From Octopus sinensis (taxonomy: Eukaryota): a DNA stretch of 64,000 nucleotides. Both the position numbers and the translations under genes were made by a program. The notes under the pieces were generated by a model. That model did not search any database. It saw only the letters and a list, made by a program, of their open reading frames with translations, and was not told the origin of the DNA. The stretch is taken from the NCBI RefSeq assembly GCF_006345805.1, contig NC_043010.1, positions 10,850,001 through 10,914,000 on the forward strand, in the 5' to 3' direction. Below are positions 25,927 to 37,667 of this stretch, piece after piece. The stretch's first letter is position 1, and each line of letters starts with the position of its first letter.

Positions 25927-26154
25927 GTATATAATGTCAGTCTATGTATGTATGTGTGTTGTGTGTGTAATAATAGATTTCAAAAGAACAAAAGAGAAAT
26001 ATAAAGTAAAGAGGGGAATATTGGATACTTGAAGTGACACGTATTTAAGGAGAGCTGAGAGATAAATCATATTGGATTCACAATTTATATATTTATTGAT
26101 AATTATAAAAAAGTTGAGCTTACGATGATTTTTAATCCCACATATCAGCAGGGT

Positions 26155-26360
26155 GATGAGGATTATGATGACAACGATGACAATGATGATGTTGATGATG
26201 ATTATGATGATTATGATGATGATGATGGAGATGGTGGTGATGGTAAGGATGATGATGATGATGATGATGATGACGAAGACATCGATGCCAATGTTACCAG
26301 TACTGGCAACGATGGCAGTGGCTGTGGTGGCAGTGATGATGATGGTGATAATGGTGGCAG

Positions 26361-26398
<38 letters not shown>

Positions 26399-26500
26399 AT
26401 GATGATGGTGATGACGACAATAATGATGAAGATGATGGTGGTGGTGGTGGTAGTGGTGGTGATGGTGAGGATGATGATGACGATGATGATGATGACGACT
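26155..26500. repeat. Degenerate (GAT/GGT)n microsatellite
   Basis: Direct reading. Confidence 0.85.
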
Positions 26501-26894
26501 ACATGCAAGACTACATCCATATTTGGTAAGCTGTGTCACTGCTTTCAGTTCTAATTCCTCCAGATTTTAAATGTTGCTCATTCTAGGACGATATGTGTAT
26601 CAGCAGCATAGCAAAATCCGTTTAATCAGTTGAGATAATCTCCTACAATGATCAAAAACAGAGCCTATGTACAGGGAAGGGGTAACAAAAAACACTCGAC
26701 TCCTCCTTCCTTCCCTCCCTCCTCTGTGCCCTGGGAGCAAGTGTGAAGGGCACAAAATTTCCTTTAGCATATCATACTTCTAAATTAAGAAAGGGGCACC
26801 GAAGTGTTTTTCTCCTAGGTGCTGAAAACCTTTGCTATACTCTTGCTAAACCAGGCATGGCCGTATGGTAAGGAAGCCTGTTCCACAGCTAGTT

Positions 26895-27128
26895 GGCATC
26901 AGTTGTTAGTTGTCGGAGCACTGCATCCTTCAAAACTTCCATGGTTCCTGAGATTAGCCAACACTACACCTGATTTTCTCCCCTCCATACACACGCAAGC
27001 ATGTATCTGACTCATACACTGTTCGCTTTCCAGACATTTGTACATTACTGCATATACTTTATACACACTTTTTGACAAGTTGTGGTGCACCTGAGCACTG
27101 TATACAATAATTTCATTATTTTATTATC
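26895..27128 (+). mobile_element. 3' end of the same CR1-like LINE family as 818-1368
   Basis: ASVVSCRSTASFKTSMVPEISQHYT* and the 3' UTR GTGCACCTGAGCACTG match the reverse complement of 821-990. Confidence 0.8.
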
Positions 27129-27663
27129 ATGGGTTCAATTTTACTATACTGCACTTTATATGTCTTCTATCTTATCTTTGGATCTACCATATCCTTACTA
27201 ATAAAACTAGTAGGCAGAACTTATGTGTGAGGGCCTTCCAAATAAATCTTTTCCATTCTTGGGTGGTGTTCTTGATCTCTTCACTTTGGCATCACCCACT
27301 TAACACTTGGGTACTTTTTAATGAATTCCATTTTGCTGCAATAATTTTAGTCAGGTTTTAAGTCAGAAGAGAACTTCCTCTGAGTAATAAACAACCTCTT
27401 GATTGCTTAAGCAGCACATTAAGCAAATGATTGATTAGCTAATTGGTTAGATATGCAACCAACTGACTAATAATAAATAGGTGGAGCTGAACCTGTGCTT
27501 TTGCTATTATTATTAGCATAATGACTCTCCCAGAACACACGAATTCACATCAAGAATTTTGCAAGCCAAATCCAAAATCAAAGTAAAAACTTCCTCATTT
27601 CATCTGATCAGCCTCAGAGACCTTCTAAAATATCATACGCGCCACTTTTTATAATATCACTGT

Positions 27664-27975
27664 GAAGGCAGAGGGCTTAATGGCTAGGATATTCAGCTCA
27701 CAGTTGTAAGCTTGTGAGTTTGAATTCCGGTCACTCGTTGTGTTCTTGAGCAAGACACTTTATTTCACATTGCACCAGTTCACTCAGCTGGCAAAAATGA
27801 GTAGTGAACTGTATTTTAAAGAGCCAGCCCTGTCATATTCTGTGTCATGCTGAACCCCTCTGAGAACTTCATTACATGTACATGTGTGTGTGGAATGCTC
27901 AGCCATTTGCAGATTAATTTCATGAGCAGGCAGTTCTATTGATTGGAGCAGCTGGAACCCTTGTCGCCAGATCCA
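27664..27975 (+). mobile_element. SINE family C
   Basis: Body matches 35678-35985. Confidence 0.8.
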
Positions 27976-28323
27976 TGGTATCACTGAAATATTAAATTAG
28001 AAATATATTTTAAAATTGACCATGATAAACAAGTGTGACATTGTTTACAGATGCATACACACACACGCGCGCACACGCACACACCTGCATTCTTTTATGT
28101 GTAGATGTGTGTATGTAGATTGATAGATAGATAGACAGACAGACCGACAAACAGACTTATAGATAGATAGATACATAGATAGACTGACAGATAGATAGAT
28201 AAATAGATAGATAAGTTTCTTTATTAGCCACACAGGGCTGCACACAGATGGGACAAATTACAAGGTAGAGCTTTTCTTTTTGGGGAGAAAAAATAGATAG
28301 ATGGATAGATAGATAGATAGATA

Positions 28324-28672
28324 GGCGCAGGAGTGGCTGTGTGGTAAGTAGCTTGCTAACCAACCACATTGTTCTGGGTTCAGTCCCACTGCATGGCATC
28401 TTGGGCAAGTGTCTTCTGCTATAGCCCCGGGCCGACCAAAGCCTTGTGAGTGGATTTGGTAGACGGAAACTGAAAGAAGCCTGTCGTATATATATGTATA
28501 TATATATATACGTATGTGTGTGTATATGTTTGTGTGTCTGTGTTTGTCCCCCTAACATTGCTTGACAACTGATGCTGGTGTGTTTACATCCCCGTCACTT
28601 AGCGGTTCGGCAAAAAGAGACCGATAGAATAAGTACTGGGCTTGCAAAGAATAAGTCGATTTGCTCTATTAA
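28324..28672 (+). mobile_element. SINE family A inserted in (GATA)n
   Basis: Consensus match; GATA repeats on both sides. Confidence 0.9.
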
Positions 28673-28942
28673 AGATAGATAAATAGATAGATAGATAGTT
28701 ATAGATATATATACCTATAAGATTCATTCCTGTCTTTTTATGTTTGAGGCCCATAAACTGGATGTGATAATTTCAGACCTCCAGTTATAAAGAACTCAAA
28801 TTAAAGTTTTGCATTCAGCAATATCGAATGAGTGTTAATTTACTTTTCCACAATTAAAAGACACTTCAACATGAAACCATTTGATAACATGAACTGATGA
28901 TTATTAAATTAAAACTATGATATTATACACCGAATACATATT

Positions 28943-29094
28943 TATATTGGACTTTCCTCTGTTTCCAAAGAAGAGCATCTGCTCAAAACATTAAACCATC
29001 TTTCTTTCCTTCCCTGAGCATCTGCTAATACTTTACATATACCACATCCTTGCGTTGTCATTTTTGTTTTGCGTTTGTTATTCTTTTTGAGATT

Positions 29095-29141
<47 letters not shown>

Positions 29142-29370
29142 TTGCTATATCTGTATTTGTGTGTCTGTGTTTGTTCCTCCACCCTTGCTTGATACCCAAT
29201 GTTGGTGTGTTTACGTACCTGTAACTTAGCAGTTCAGCAAAAGGGAATGATAGTCTAAATACTAGTCTTACAAAGACTAAGTCCTCGGGTTGATGTGTTT
29301 AACTAAAGGCGGTGCTCCAGCATGGCCACAATCGAATAACTGAAACAAGCAAAAGAATAAAAGAAATGAA
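28943..29370 (+). mobile_element. Penelope-type fragment with a hammerhead-like motif (28961-28996), then (TA)n and a SINE A 3' half
   Basis: GTTT-CCAAAGA-A-GAGC-ATCT-GCTC-AAAA-CATT-AAAC. Confidence 0.65.
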
Positions 29371-29811
29371 AAAAGAATAAAATGCATACATGTACCCAGT
29401 TTGAGACTACCAAATCTGCTTGCACAGTTTTGGCTGTCCTGGGGTTATAAGAGAAGTCACTTGGCTCAATATACCATGCAATGGGACTGAATCAAAAGTT
29501 ACGTGGTTGTAAAGAGAACACTGCTGTTTCTAGCAAATCAAATATCCATACAGTGGTTACTTTGTTGACTCATGTGTGTATTAGTTTTGTCCTTATGTAA
29601 AGATCATATCACATGAGGACATTTTACCTTTTAAATAATGGAGGAGGAGAAAAAATGAGTAAATAACTATATGAAAAATTTAAGATGAGAAAAGTGAAAA
29701 TTTTTCCATCAGCAGATATTTCTGGCATCTACTTAACAGAATGAAATTAGAGACCAACCCAAAAGTTCAGAATAAGTACAGTTTTCTTTGTATGTGTATG
29801 TATAGCTATCT

Positions 29812-29840
29812 ATCTGTCTATCTAGCTATTTATCTGTCTG

Positions 29841-29915
<75 letters not shown>

Positions 29916-29916
29916 G

Positions 29917-29954
<38 letters not shown>

Positions 29955-29971
29955 CATCTATCTATCCATCC

Positions 29972-30031
<60 letters not shown>

Positions 30032-30070
30032 CTCTCTCTATTTATCGATCTATCTATCTATCTATCCATC

Positions 30071-30107
<37 letters not shown>

Positions 30108-30120
30108 GCTGTCTGTCTGT
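29812..30120. repeat. (TATC)n microsatellite
   Basis: Direct reading. Confidence 0.95.
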
Positions 30121-30439
30121 CTGTTTTGTGTTGAATGTGTATATACATATTCACTCATATATATATCATATATACATACAAAGAAGTGTTATACACACAC
30201 ACACGCACACATACACACAAAGACATAATACATACACAATATACACACAAACAGTCACACCTAAAGAGGCAATAAAGTGCGTTTCAAGCTAAAACAGCTT
30301 TCTTTCCCTCAGCTATTTCCCTTAACAATTCCAAAGGGAGGAAAAGATTTATATCCCTGGCATTGTTGTTATTTCCTCCAATCTATACTGCAGTTTCTTC
30401 ATTCTTTTGTAGTCCTTGCTGAATTTAGTGTAAACTTGT

Positions 30440-30620
30440 ACTGAATACATGATGGAAAATACGACGGTATTGGAGTGGAGGTGGAATATTTGAAGACAAG
30501 GTAGAATGGAAATCAACGCATCGGATTTTCTTTTTTTTTTTTTTGTTATTTTGTTTTCATACTTGATGTTTTACTTTTCCCGGCATCATTTTTGTTGTTC
30601 GACATGATCGCCAGTTAAAC
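30440..30620. promoter_or_regulatory. Small CpG-enriched unique segment; possible promoter or first-exon region
   Basis: Several CpGs in non-repeat DNA; ATG-initiated frames ending at GT donors on both strands. Confidence 0.3.
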
Positions 30621-31245
30621 ACTATTAACTGCTGTCAAATACTAATATGATATATGGGGAAATAATTCATTCAAATTCAGCCATCTAGTACCAAGTATTT
30701 AAAAGAAAACTATTCAAAAGCTACCTTAGGGTCTAGACTCTCTTGTACAAACTTAAAATTTAATTATGCTTCAGAAAAAAACAAAAGCAAGAAAACACAT
30801 AAAACATTGATTTATTTTTCTTTTTCCTTTTTTCTTTCATGACTTAACCAAACAATTTGGAATTATTCTTGTCTTGAGTTCCACAGAATAGCAAGAACAT
30901 TTACAAACTTCTTATGTCAAAGATGGGGAATACTTATTACTGTCAGTATTAATCAGCACAGAAAAAAGATTGGTTTTAATATTATTAATTTACTAAATTA
31001 TTTGATTCAGTTATTACAGAATTCGTTAAATCTGGATTTTTGGCACATGAAGATCAGTTAATTACTTCAAAGTAACTCTTTTTTTTTGTTTCACGTTTTT
31101 TAGCAAATTCTAGGAATTATAATTAATTTGTGATTTTCCTTAAAATCTGTTGTTTTCTTTTTCTACTTTCTTTTTGTTTTGTTTTGCTTTCATTTTTTCT
31201 TCTTTTTTTGTCAGAGAAGATATTATTAATCGATATGTCCTGATA

Positions 31246-31564
31246 TGGCTGTGTGGTTAAGAAGGTTGCTTTGCAATGACATGGTTTCAGGTTCAGTCCC
31301 ATTGCATGACACTATTGGCAAGATTGTTCAACTATAGACCTGAACTGACCAAAGACTTGTGAGTGAATTAGGTAGATTGAAACTATGGAAACCCATAAAC
31401 TATGGAAACACACACACTTACACACGCAAATATATATATATATGTATACATACATACATACGTACATACATACATACATATATTCATACATACACACACA
31501 TACATGCATACATACATATATATATACATACATACATACATACATACATAAATACATACATACA

Positions 31565-31598
<34 letters not shown>

Positions 31599-31872
31599 CA
31601 TACATACACACACACACAAATATATATATTTTTTTTTCCTCTGTCTTCCCTTCTCTGGATCTTTCCTTCTCCTATGTTTCCGACAAAGAGCTCCACTCGA
31701 AAAGTTAAACCCTCCTTCTTCCCTTCTTTCCTGAGCGTCCAATAATACTATATTTGTTCCACGTCCTCGCGTTGTTGTGTTTTTTTGTGTTTTCTTGTTT
31801 GGATTAACTTTATATGTATACATACATACATACATACTTACATACATACATATGTATATATACATACATACA

Positions 31873-31903
<31 letters not shown>

Positions 31904-32130
31904 GTATATATGTATGAATGTGTGTGCATCTTTATGTTTGCCCCCCACCACCACCTGACAACTAGTGTTGGTTTGTTTAACTTCTCATGACCTAACAGTT
32001 CACCAAAAGAGACTGATAGAATAAGCATAAGACTTTACAATGAATACCGGAGTCAATTTGTTCAACCAAACCCTTCAAAGCAGTGCCCCAGCATGGCTAC
32101 AGTTCTGATAATTGCAACTAGTAACAAATG
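31246..32130 (+). mobile_element. Diverged SINE family A split by (TACA)n and a Penelope-type fragment (31628-31812; hammerhead-like motif 31676-31710)
   Basis: SINE 5' half at 31246-31400 and 3' half at 31920-32130; the insert matches 18028-18208. Confidence 0.75.
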
Positions 32131-32202
32131 GAATAATCCTTAACAGCCACTGACAACAATTTACTAACAGTTACCATTGATATTTTTACGATAACTGGTT
32201 TA

Positions 32203-32803
32203 GGAAGAAGAAGAGAAGAAGAAGGAGGAGGAGGAGGAGGAGGAGGAGGAGGAGGGGGGAGGGGAAGGAGAAGGGGAAGGGGAAGGAGAAGGGGAAGGAG
32301 AAGGGGAAGGAGGAGGAGAAGGAGAAGGAGGAGAAGGAGGAGAAGGAGAAGGGGAAGTAGAAGAGGAAGGAGAAGGAGAAGAAGAAGGCAAAGGAGAAGA
32401 AGAAGAGGAAGGAGAAGAAGAAGAAGGAGAAGAAGGAGAAGAAGAGAAGAAGAAGAAGAAGAAGAAGAAGAAGGAGAAGAAGAAGAAGAGAAGAAGGAGA
32501 AGAGAAGAAGAAGAAGAAGAAGAAGAAGAAGAGAAGAAGAAGAAGAAGAAGAAGGAGGAGGAGGGGGGAGGGGAAGGAGAAGGAGAAGGAGGAGAAGGAG
32601 GAGAAGGAGAGGAGAAGGAGGAGAAGAGAAGGAGGAGAAGGAGGAGAAGAGAAGGAGGAGAAGGAGGAGGAGAAGGAGAAGGAAAAGAAGAAGAAGAAGG
32701 AAAAGAAGAAGAAGAAGGAAAAGAAGAAGAAGAAGGAAAAGAAGAAGAATAAGGAAAAGAAGAAGAAGAAGGAAAAGAAGAAGAAGAAGGAAAAGAAGAA
32801 GAA
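32203..32803. repeat. 600-bp almost pure purine (GAA/GGA)n tract with an 18-bp higher-order unit at its 3' end
   Basis: GAAGGAAAAGAAGAAGAA about seven times at 32690-32800. Confidence 0.95.
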
Positions 32804-32836
32804 TGCAGATATTGAGAAATAATAATTATTTATTAG

Positions 32837-32918
32837 TAAGTATATTCGGCCTACTTATGCTGAAGTTAGTGAGGAATCTGAAGAGAATTTCAGGAAAAGT
32901 GCATCTTTATTGACTAGA
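32837..32918 (+). CDS. Candidate exon (KYIRPTYAEVSEESEENFRKSASLLTR), gene unknown
   Basis: ttatttattAG acceptor and AGA|GTATGA donor; ends in phase 0, compatible with 35525. Confidence 0.45.
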
Positions 32919-33532
32919 GTATGAAAATATGATTTACTTCATCTTTCCATGTTTGATTTATTTGCTGTTTCCTGTGCTGTGAGAACGGCATTTGCTGTGT
33001 CAAAATATCAGCTGTTGACAATTTGTATAGATTGTATATCATTCTGAAATGGTCTTATTATCATTCTACTAACAGTACTAATGATTACTCTATATGTATT
33101 TTTCAATTATAAACATAGTATGTTTGAGATTATAAGAGACTCATAGGACAGCTTTTCTAATGAATGCTAGCATGGTTCAGTGATGTTAAATGATAAACAT
33201 ATAATTATTTATTCATTACATATAACAGTGTGATGAATAGAATCAATTACTTGAACACTTTTAATCAGAGATATTCATTAATAAATAATCAGTACTATTG
33301 ACTTGAGCGGATAGGGAAATGGGAATTATAACAATATAATGTTTACTCAGAACAACCAAAGCATAAGTGAAATGGAATAGTAGTTAGAATCAGAAATCAG
33401 AGAGAGTTGAAGGTTTTCTACCTTGTGTTGGATATTTGATCATACCAATTTCGACTTCCAAACAACTTTTGTTTAAATCTCGGTGGGACAGTTACATTCA
33501 GGATTATAATCACCATCATAAATAATAAAATA

Positions 33533-33780
33533 AATGCGCCCTTTTAAAGCCTAGCCTGGCTCATGGGCCCGGTTTCCCCGGTTTCAATGGCGTATGTGTT
33601 CTCCAGCTGGATGGGACGCCAGTCCATCGCAGCGTTACTCATTTCTGCCGGCTGTGTGGACTGGAGCAACGTGAAATGAAGTGTTTTGCTCAAGAACACA
33701 ATGCGTCGCCCAGTTCAGGAATCGAAACCGCAATCTTAATATCATGATGCTGATACCCTAACCACTAAGCCACGTGCCTC
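33533..33780 (-). mobile_element. tRNA-headed SINE related to family C
   Basis: Head GAGGCACGTGGCTTAGTGGTTAG...GGTTTCGATTCC; central CTCCAGTCCAC motif shared with family C. Confidence 0.75.
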
Positions 33781-34008
33781 AACAATCACCATCATAGTAG
33801 AATCATTATGGCCTTTAACAGTTTAATCAATTCTGATGATTTGTCTTCTGAGTTTAAATCCTACTGAGCTCAAATTTGTTCAATGTTCCAGTGCCAATAG
33901 AATTAAATAGTTTAATTCAAGGTTCATTTTGTCTACTGATACTAGGTGTTTCATGTTTCTTCAAGCAAGAAACAAAGGTTCAGAATCTTGAATGAATTTT
34001 CTCAGTAT

Positions 34009-34050
34009 ATATATGTGTATGTATATATATATATTATATATATGTGTATG

Positions 34051-34100
<50 letters not shown>

Positions 34101-34155
34101 TGGACTTTCCTCTGTTTCCAAAGAAGAGCATCTGCTCAAAACATTAAAACATCAT
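34009..34155 (+). mobile_element. 147-bp insert ((TA)n plus hammerhead-like Penelope fragment) between 26-bp direct repeats
   Basis: GAATCTTGAATGAATTTTCTCAGTAT at 33983-34008 and 34156-34181. Confidence 0.75.
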
Positions 34156-35013
34156 GAATCTTGAATGAATTTTCTCAGTATTGCTCATGGCTCAAGGGTG
34201 GATGAAGATATAAGCCTCAATGACCATTGTATTCCTGTGTGGAGCACTGTCACCAGTGCTGTCTCAAGTCAGGAACAAACTGGACAATTGCTTGGGGCAC
34301 CCATAGGTCAAGTAGTCCAATACAAATTTATGTAGGCTGTGATTATGCATGTAGGGAGCCCAGTTCACTGCTTTGCTGTTTAATAGGGCCCTGATAGTCA
34401 CCATAGATACTATTAGAGATGAAACTGTATTACACAAACTCTATAATTAATGGGTGATGTGTTGTATTTTGTTATCATACCCAACCTAAGGTGAAAGTCA
34501 TTAGAAGAAGAGGAAGATCACCATCACCAATACCCGCACCATCATACCCACTGCTGCTACTGTTGTCATCATCATTTTCCTCATCATTACTAATCCATTA
34601 ATCGATATTATTTTCTAATAAAGTGGCAAGCTGCTGGAATCATTAGCTTACCAGGCAAAATGCTTGTTAGAATTTCATCCATCTTCATGTCCTGAGTTCA
34701 AATTCCACCAGGTTGACTTTGCCCTTCATCCTTCTGGTTTCAATAAATTAAGTACAATTTGAACCCTGGAGTTGAAATAACTGATTAGCTTCCTCCTCTG
34801 AAATTGCAAGCCTTGTGCCAAAATTTTAAACCAATATCATGTTATAATATTTTGTTGATAATGCTTGTATATATTAGAAACGTTTTCCAAAAAAGCGTAC
34901 CAGCATTATCCTTGATCAAGTAATAGTATTTTATTTGTGAAACCTAACATCCCAAAATCAGGTCTCCCCACTTCATTCAAGAGCATTTTTGATTTTTTTC
35001 TACCACATGGTAG

Positions 35014-35416
35014 AAGGAGTGGCTGTGTGGTAAATAGCTTGCTAATCAACCACATGGTTTCGGGTTCAGTCCCACTGCGTGGCATCTTGGGCAAGTGTCT
35101 TCTGCTATAGCGACGGGCTGACCAATGCCTTGTGAGTGGATTTGGTAGACAGAAACTGAAAGAAGCCTGTCGTATATATGTATATATATATGTATGTGTG
35201 TGTATGTTTGTGTGTCTGTGTTTGTTCCCCTAGCATTGCTTGACAACCGATGCTGGTGTGTTTACGTCCCCGTCACTTAGCGGTTCGGCAAAAGAGACCG
35301 ATAGAATAAGTACTGGGCTTACAAAAGAATAAGTCTTGGGGTCGATTTGCTCGACTAAAGGCGGTGCTCCAGCATGGCCGCAGTCAAATGAGTGAAACAA
35401 GTAAAAGAGTAAAGAG
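35014..35416 (+). mobile_element. SINE family A
   Basis: Consensus match. Confidence 0.9.
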
Positions 35417-35524
35417 TATGGTATCTTCAAGTGTTAGCACATCTTATTATTTTTACCCAGTTCTCTATCATAATCATTACCAATATAATTGTTACTTCTC
35501 TATACCTTATGCTGAATTCTATAG

Positions 35525-35589
35525 CACCCAGCAATCTCAGCTCACCTGTGCTCTGCCTTCTATGAGAATTTACATTACGCTTTCAACAG
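35525..35589 (+). CDS. Candidate exon (HPAISAHLCSAFYENLHYAFN-R), gene unknown
   Basis: ttctatAG acceptor and strong CAG|GTAATA donor; an alternative acceptor at 35460 gives a different frame. Confidence 0.45.
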
Positions 35590-35677
35590 GTAATATTTAA
35601 TTCATGTTTAATTTCATTTTTCTAATCTACCATTAGTGAATATTTCATTATTTGAGCCAATGTTAGTGCTTTTATTG

Positions 35678-35985
35678 TGAAGGCACATGGATTAGTGATT
35701 AGGGCATTCAGCTCACAATCGTAAGGTCATGAGTTCAATTCCCAGCGATGTGTTGTCGCCTTGAGCAAGACACTTTATTTCATGTTGCTACAGTCCACTC
35801 AGCTGGCAAAGATGAGAGATACCTGTATGTCAAAGGGCCAGCCTTGTCACATTCTGTGTCACACAGAATCTCCCTGAGTACCATGCTAAGGGAGTATGTG
35901 TTTGTGGAGTGCTTGGCCACTTGCATGTTAATTTTACGAGCTGCCAGTTCCATCAACTGGATCTACTGGAACCTTCTGGTCAACC
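35678..35985 (+). mobile_element. SINE family C
   Basis: Head AAGGCACATGGATTAGTG...GAGTTCAATTCCC; body shared with the other C copies. Confidence 0.85.
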
Positions 35986-36039
35986 AGGAGAATTCATCTA
36001 CGAAGCAATTGCCCCAGCTCCCCTTTAGGGTTGGTGAAA

Positions 36040-36275
36040 GTGATGTGGTGGACAGCAAAAAACCTGGCTGATGGCAGTCAAGGCTGATCTGGAACCCAAC
36101 CTAGGCCCCCATATCTACGGCATTCGCCGCTAGAATAAGGAGTGGTTGGAGCTCACGTGGTCGTTAACCTCAAATCGCCAGGCCTGATCGGTGTTTGTGA
36201 GAGATGCAGCATTGAGGATGAATGAAGCCAGCTCAACCCACCCCGGGTGAATGCTGTCTCAAGAACAAGAAGACT
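36040..36275 (+). mobile_element. 3' remnant of an RTE-clade LINE
   Basis: GQQKTWLMAVKADLEPNLGPHIYGIRR*NKEWLEL...NRQA*, ending in CAAGAACAAGAAG. Confidence 0.7.
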
Positions 36276-37530
36276 GGAACCCTCATCATGTGCTGAATCT
36301 ATAATATGAGAGAGGTATGATTGCCAGCATGCTACTCACATATTAAAAAAAAGAAAACTTACAGTAGACAGTGTACTCCTAGAGATACCACACAATACCT
36401 GCGCCTATACATTTTTGATTTCTATACAATTTGAACTCAATTCTCCTGGGTTATCAAAATCTTGCCATTACTATTTAGAGTGGTAACATATATATATATT
36501 TCTCTACAGTACCTATTTAGAACATGGTATATTGAACACATGAGAATAAAGTCTTTGCCAAGAAAGAGTGATGAGATATATTCTGCAGACTCTTCAGCCA
36601 GGAGGCTGGCATTTTATCAAGTCAGACATCAATATTTAAAGTAATTATAGAAACATTGATACTTAAAATAATTTGCCTATTCATCATCTCACAGACATAT
36701 CACATGGTTTGCTGCCACTTATTAAGATTTTGCAGATATTTTAACGAAGAATTGATTCATTTTATTTTTTTAATTCGCATATGGTTCTTTTTTTTTTTTG
36801 CCGCTTATTTTAAGAAATCAAATTTTTCTGATTTCTCAAACTTTAAGAAAATCAATTAAAAATTTTAAAAGTATATACATCAACTAATTTTTACTTCAAA
36901 AATCATTATAGATCTTGTTTCTACATGTTCATTTAGGATCTAATATAAGAATTAAGAATTCCACCCTTCCATTTTCCCTGCCCATTCTCCTTTGGTAGTT
37001 TGTAGAAGTAGAACCATCAGGTACCTCCTTCAAAAAGTCCTATCAGAAGCAACCATCATTTCATGTATTTTCCTGCTGGATTCCCAAACATGACCAACTG
37101 AGATGATGGATATTATCCACCCATCTTGTTTTTGATCCATCCCTTGGTTACCTATCAGTTGACTTGAATTGAAGAATCCATCTTATGATCCTTTCTAATG
37201 ACGTTCTGATCCCATTACTTTCCATGGAAAGTAATGACTCATCCCAAAGAGACGAGGCTCCCTGATCTCTGAACGATACACCTGTCAAGTAATATTTCTC
37301 TAGAAACTTTTCAGAGAGACATCATCTAAGCTGCTTGTATTCCTGATCATACTCTTTAGGTCATCACCCAGCATTCATTACCAAATCCACTCACTTGCTC
37401 AATGTGTCACACAGTGGGACTGAACCCAAAACAGTGGTTTGGAAGCAAACTTCTTACCACACAGCCACATATTGACATATTGCATACATATATACATGCA
37501 TGCATACATACATACATACATACATATATA

Positions 37531-37667
37531 GCGGTGAGCTGGCAAAATTGTTAGCACGCGGGGTGAAAGACTGGAGCCTAGTGCAGCCTCCTGGTTTCCC
37601 AGACCCCAGTCGAACCGTCCAACACATGCTAGCACGGAAAACGGACGTTAAACGATGATGATGATGA
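37531..37667 (+). mobile_element. Chimera of a SINE B head and a family D (GAT)n tail
   Basis: GCGGTGAGCTGGCAAAATTGTTAGCACG joined directly to CTGGAGCCTAGTGCAGCC...GTTAAACGATGATG. Confidence 0.7.

Noticed and set aside
26125-26529. Asp/Gly-rich ORF with a nearby AG and a strong G|GTAAGC donor
   Set aside because: It is almost entirely degenerate (GAT/GGT)n, which is common in this window. It cannot be excluded as an exon but has no independent support.
30413-30500. Exon-like frame with an in-frame TGA (possible selenocysteine)
   Set aside because: No selenoprotein motif or SECIS element recognised; an alternative ATG reading avoids the stop.
30449-35589. Faint resemblance of the plus-strand peptide to the UBR4 N-terminus (W...RP)
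   Set aside because: Too few identities, and the spacing does not fit; no gene symbol assigned.
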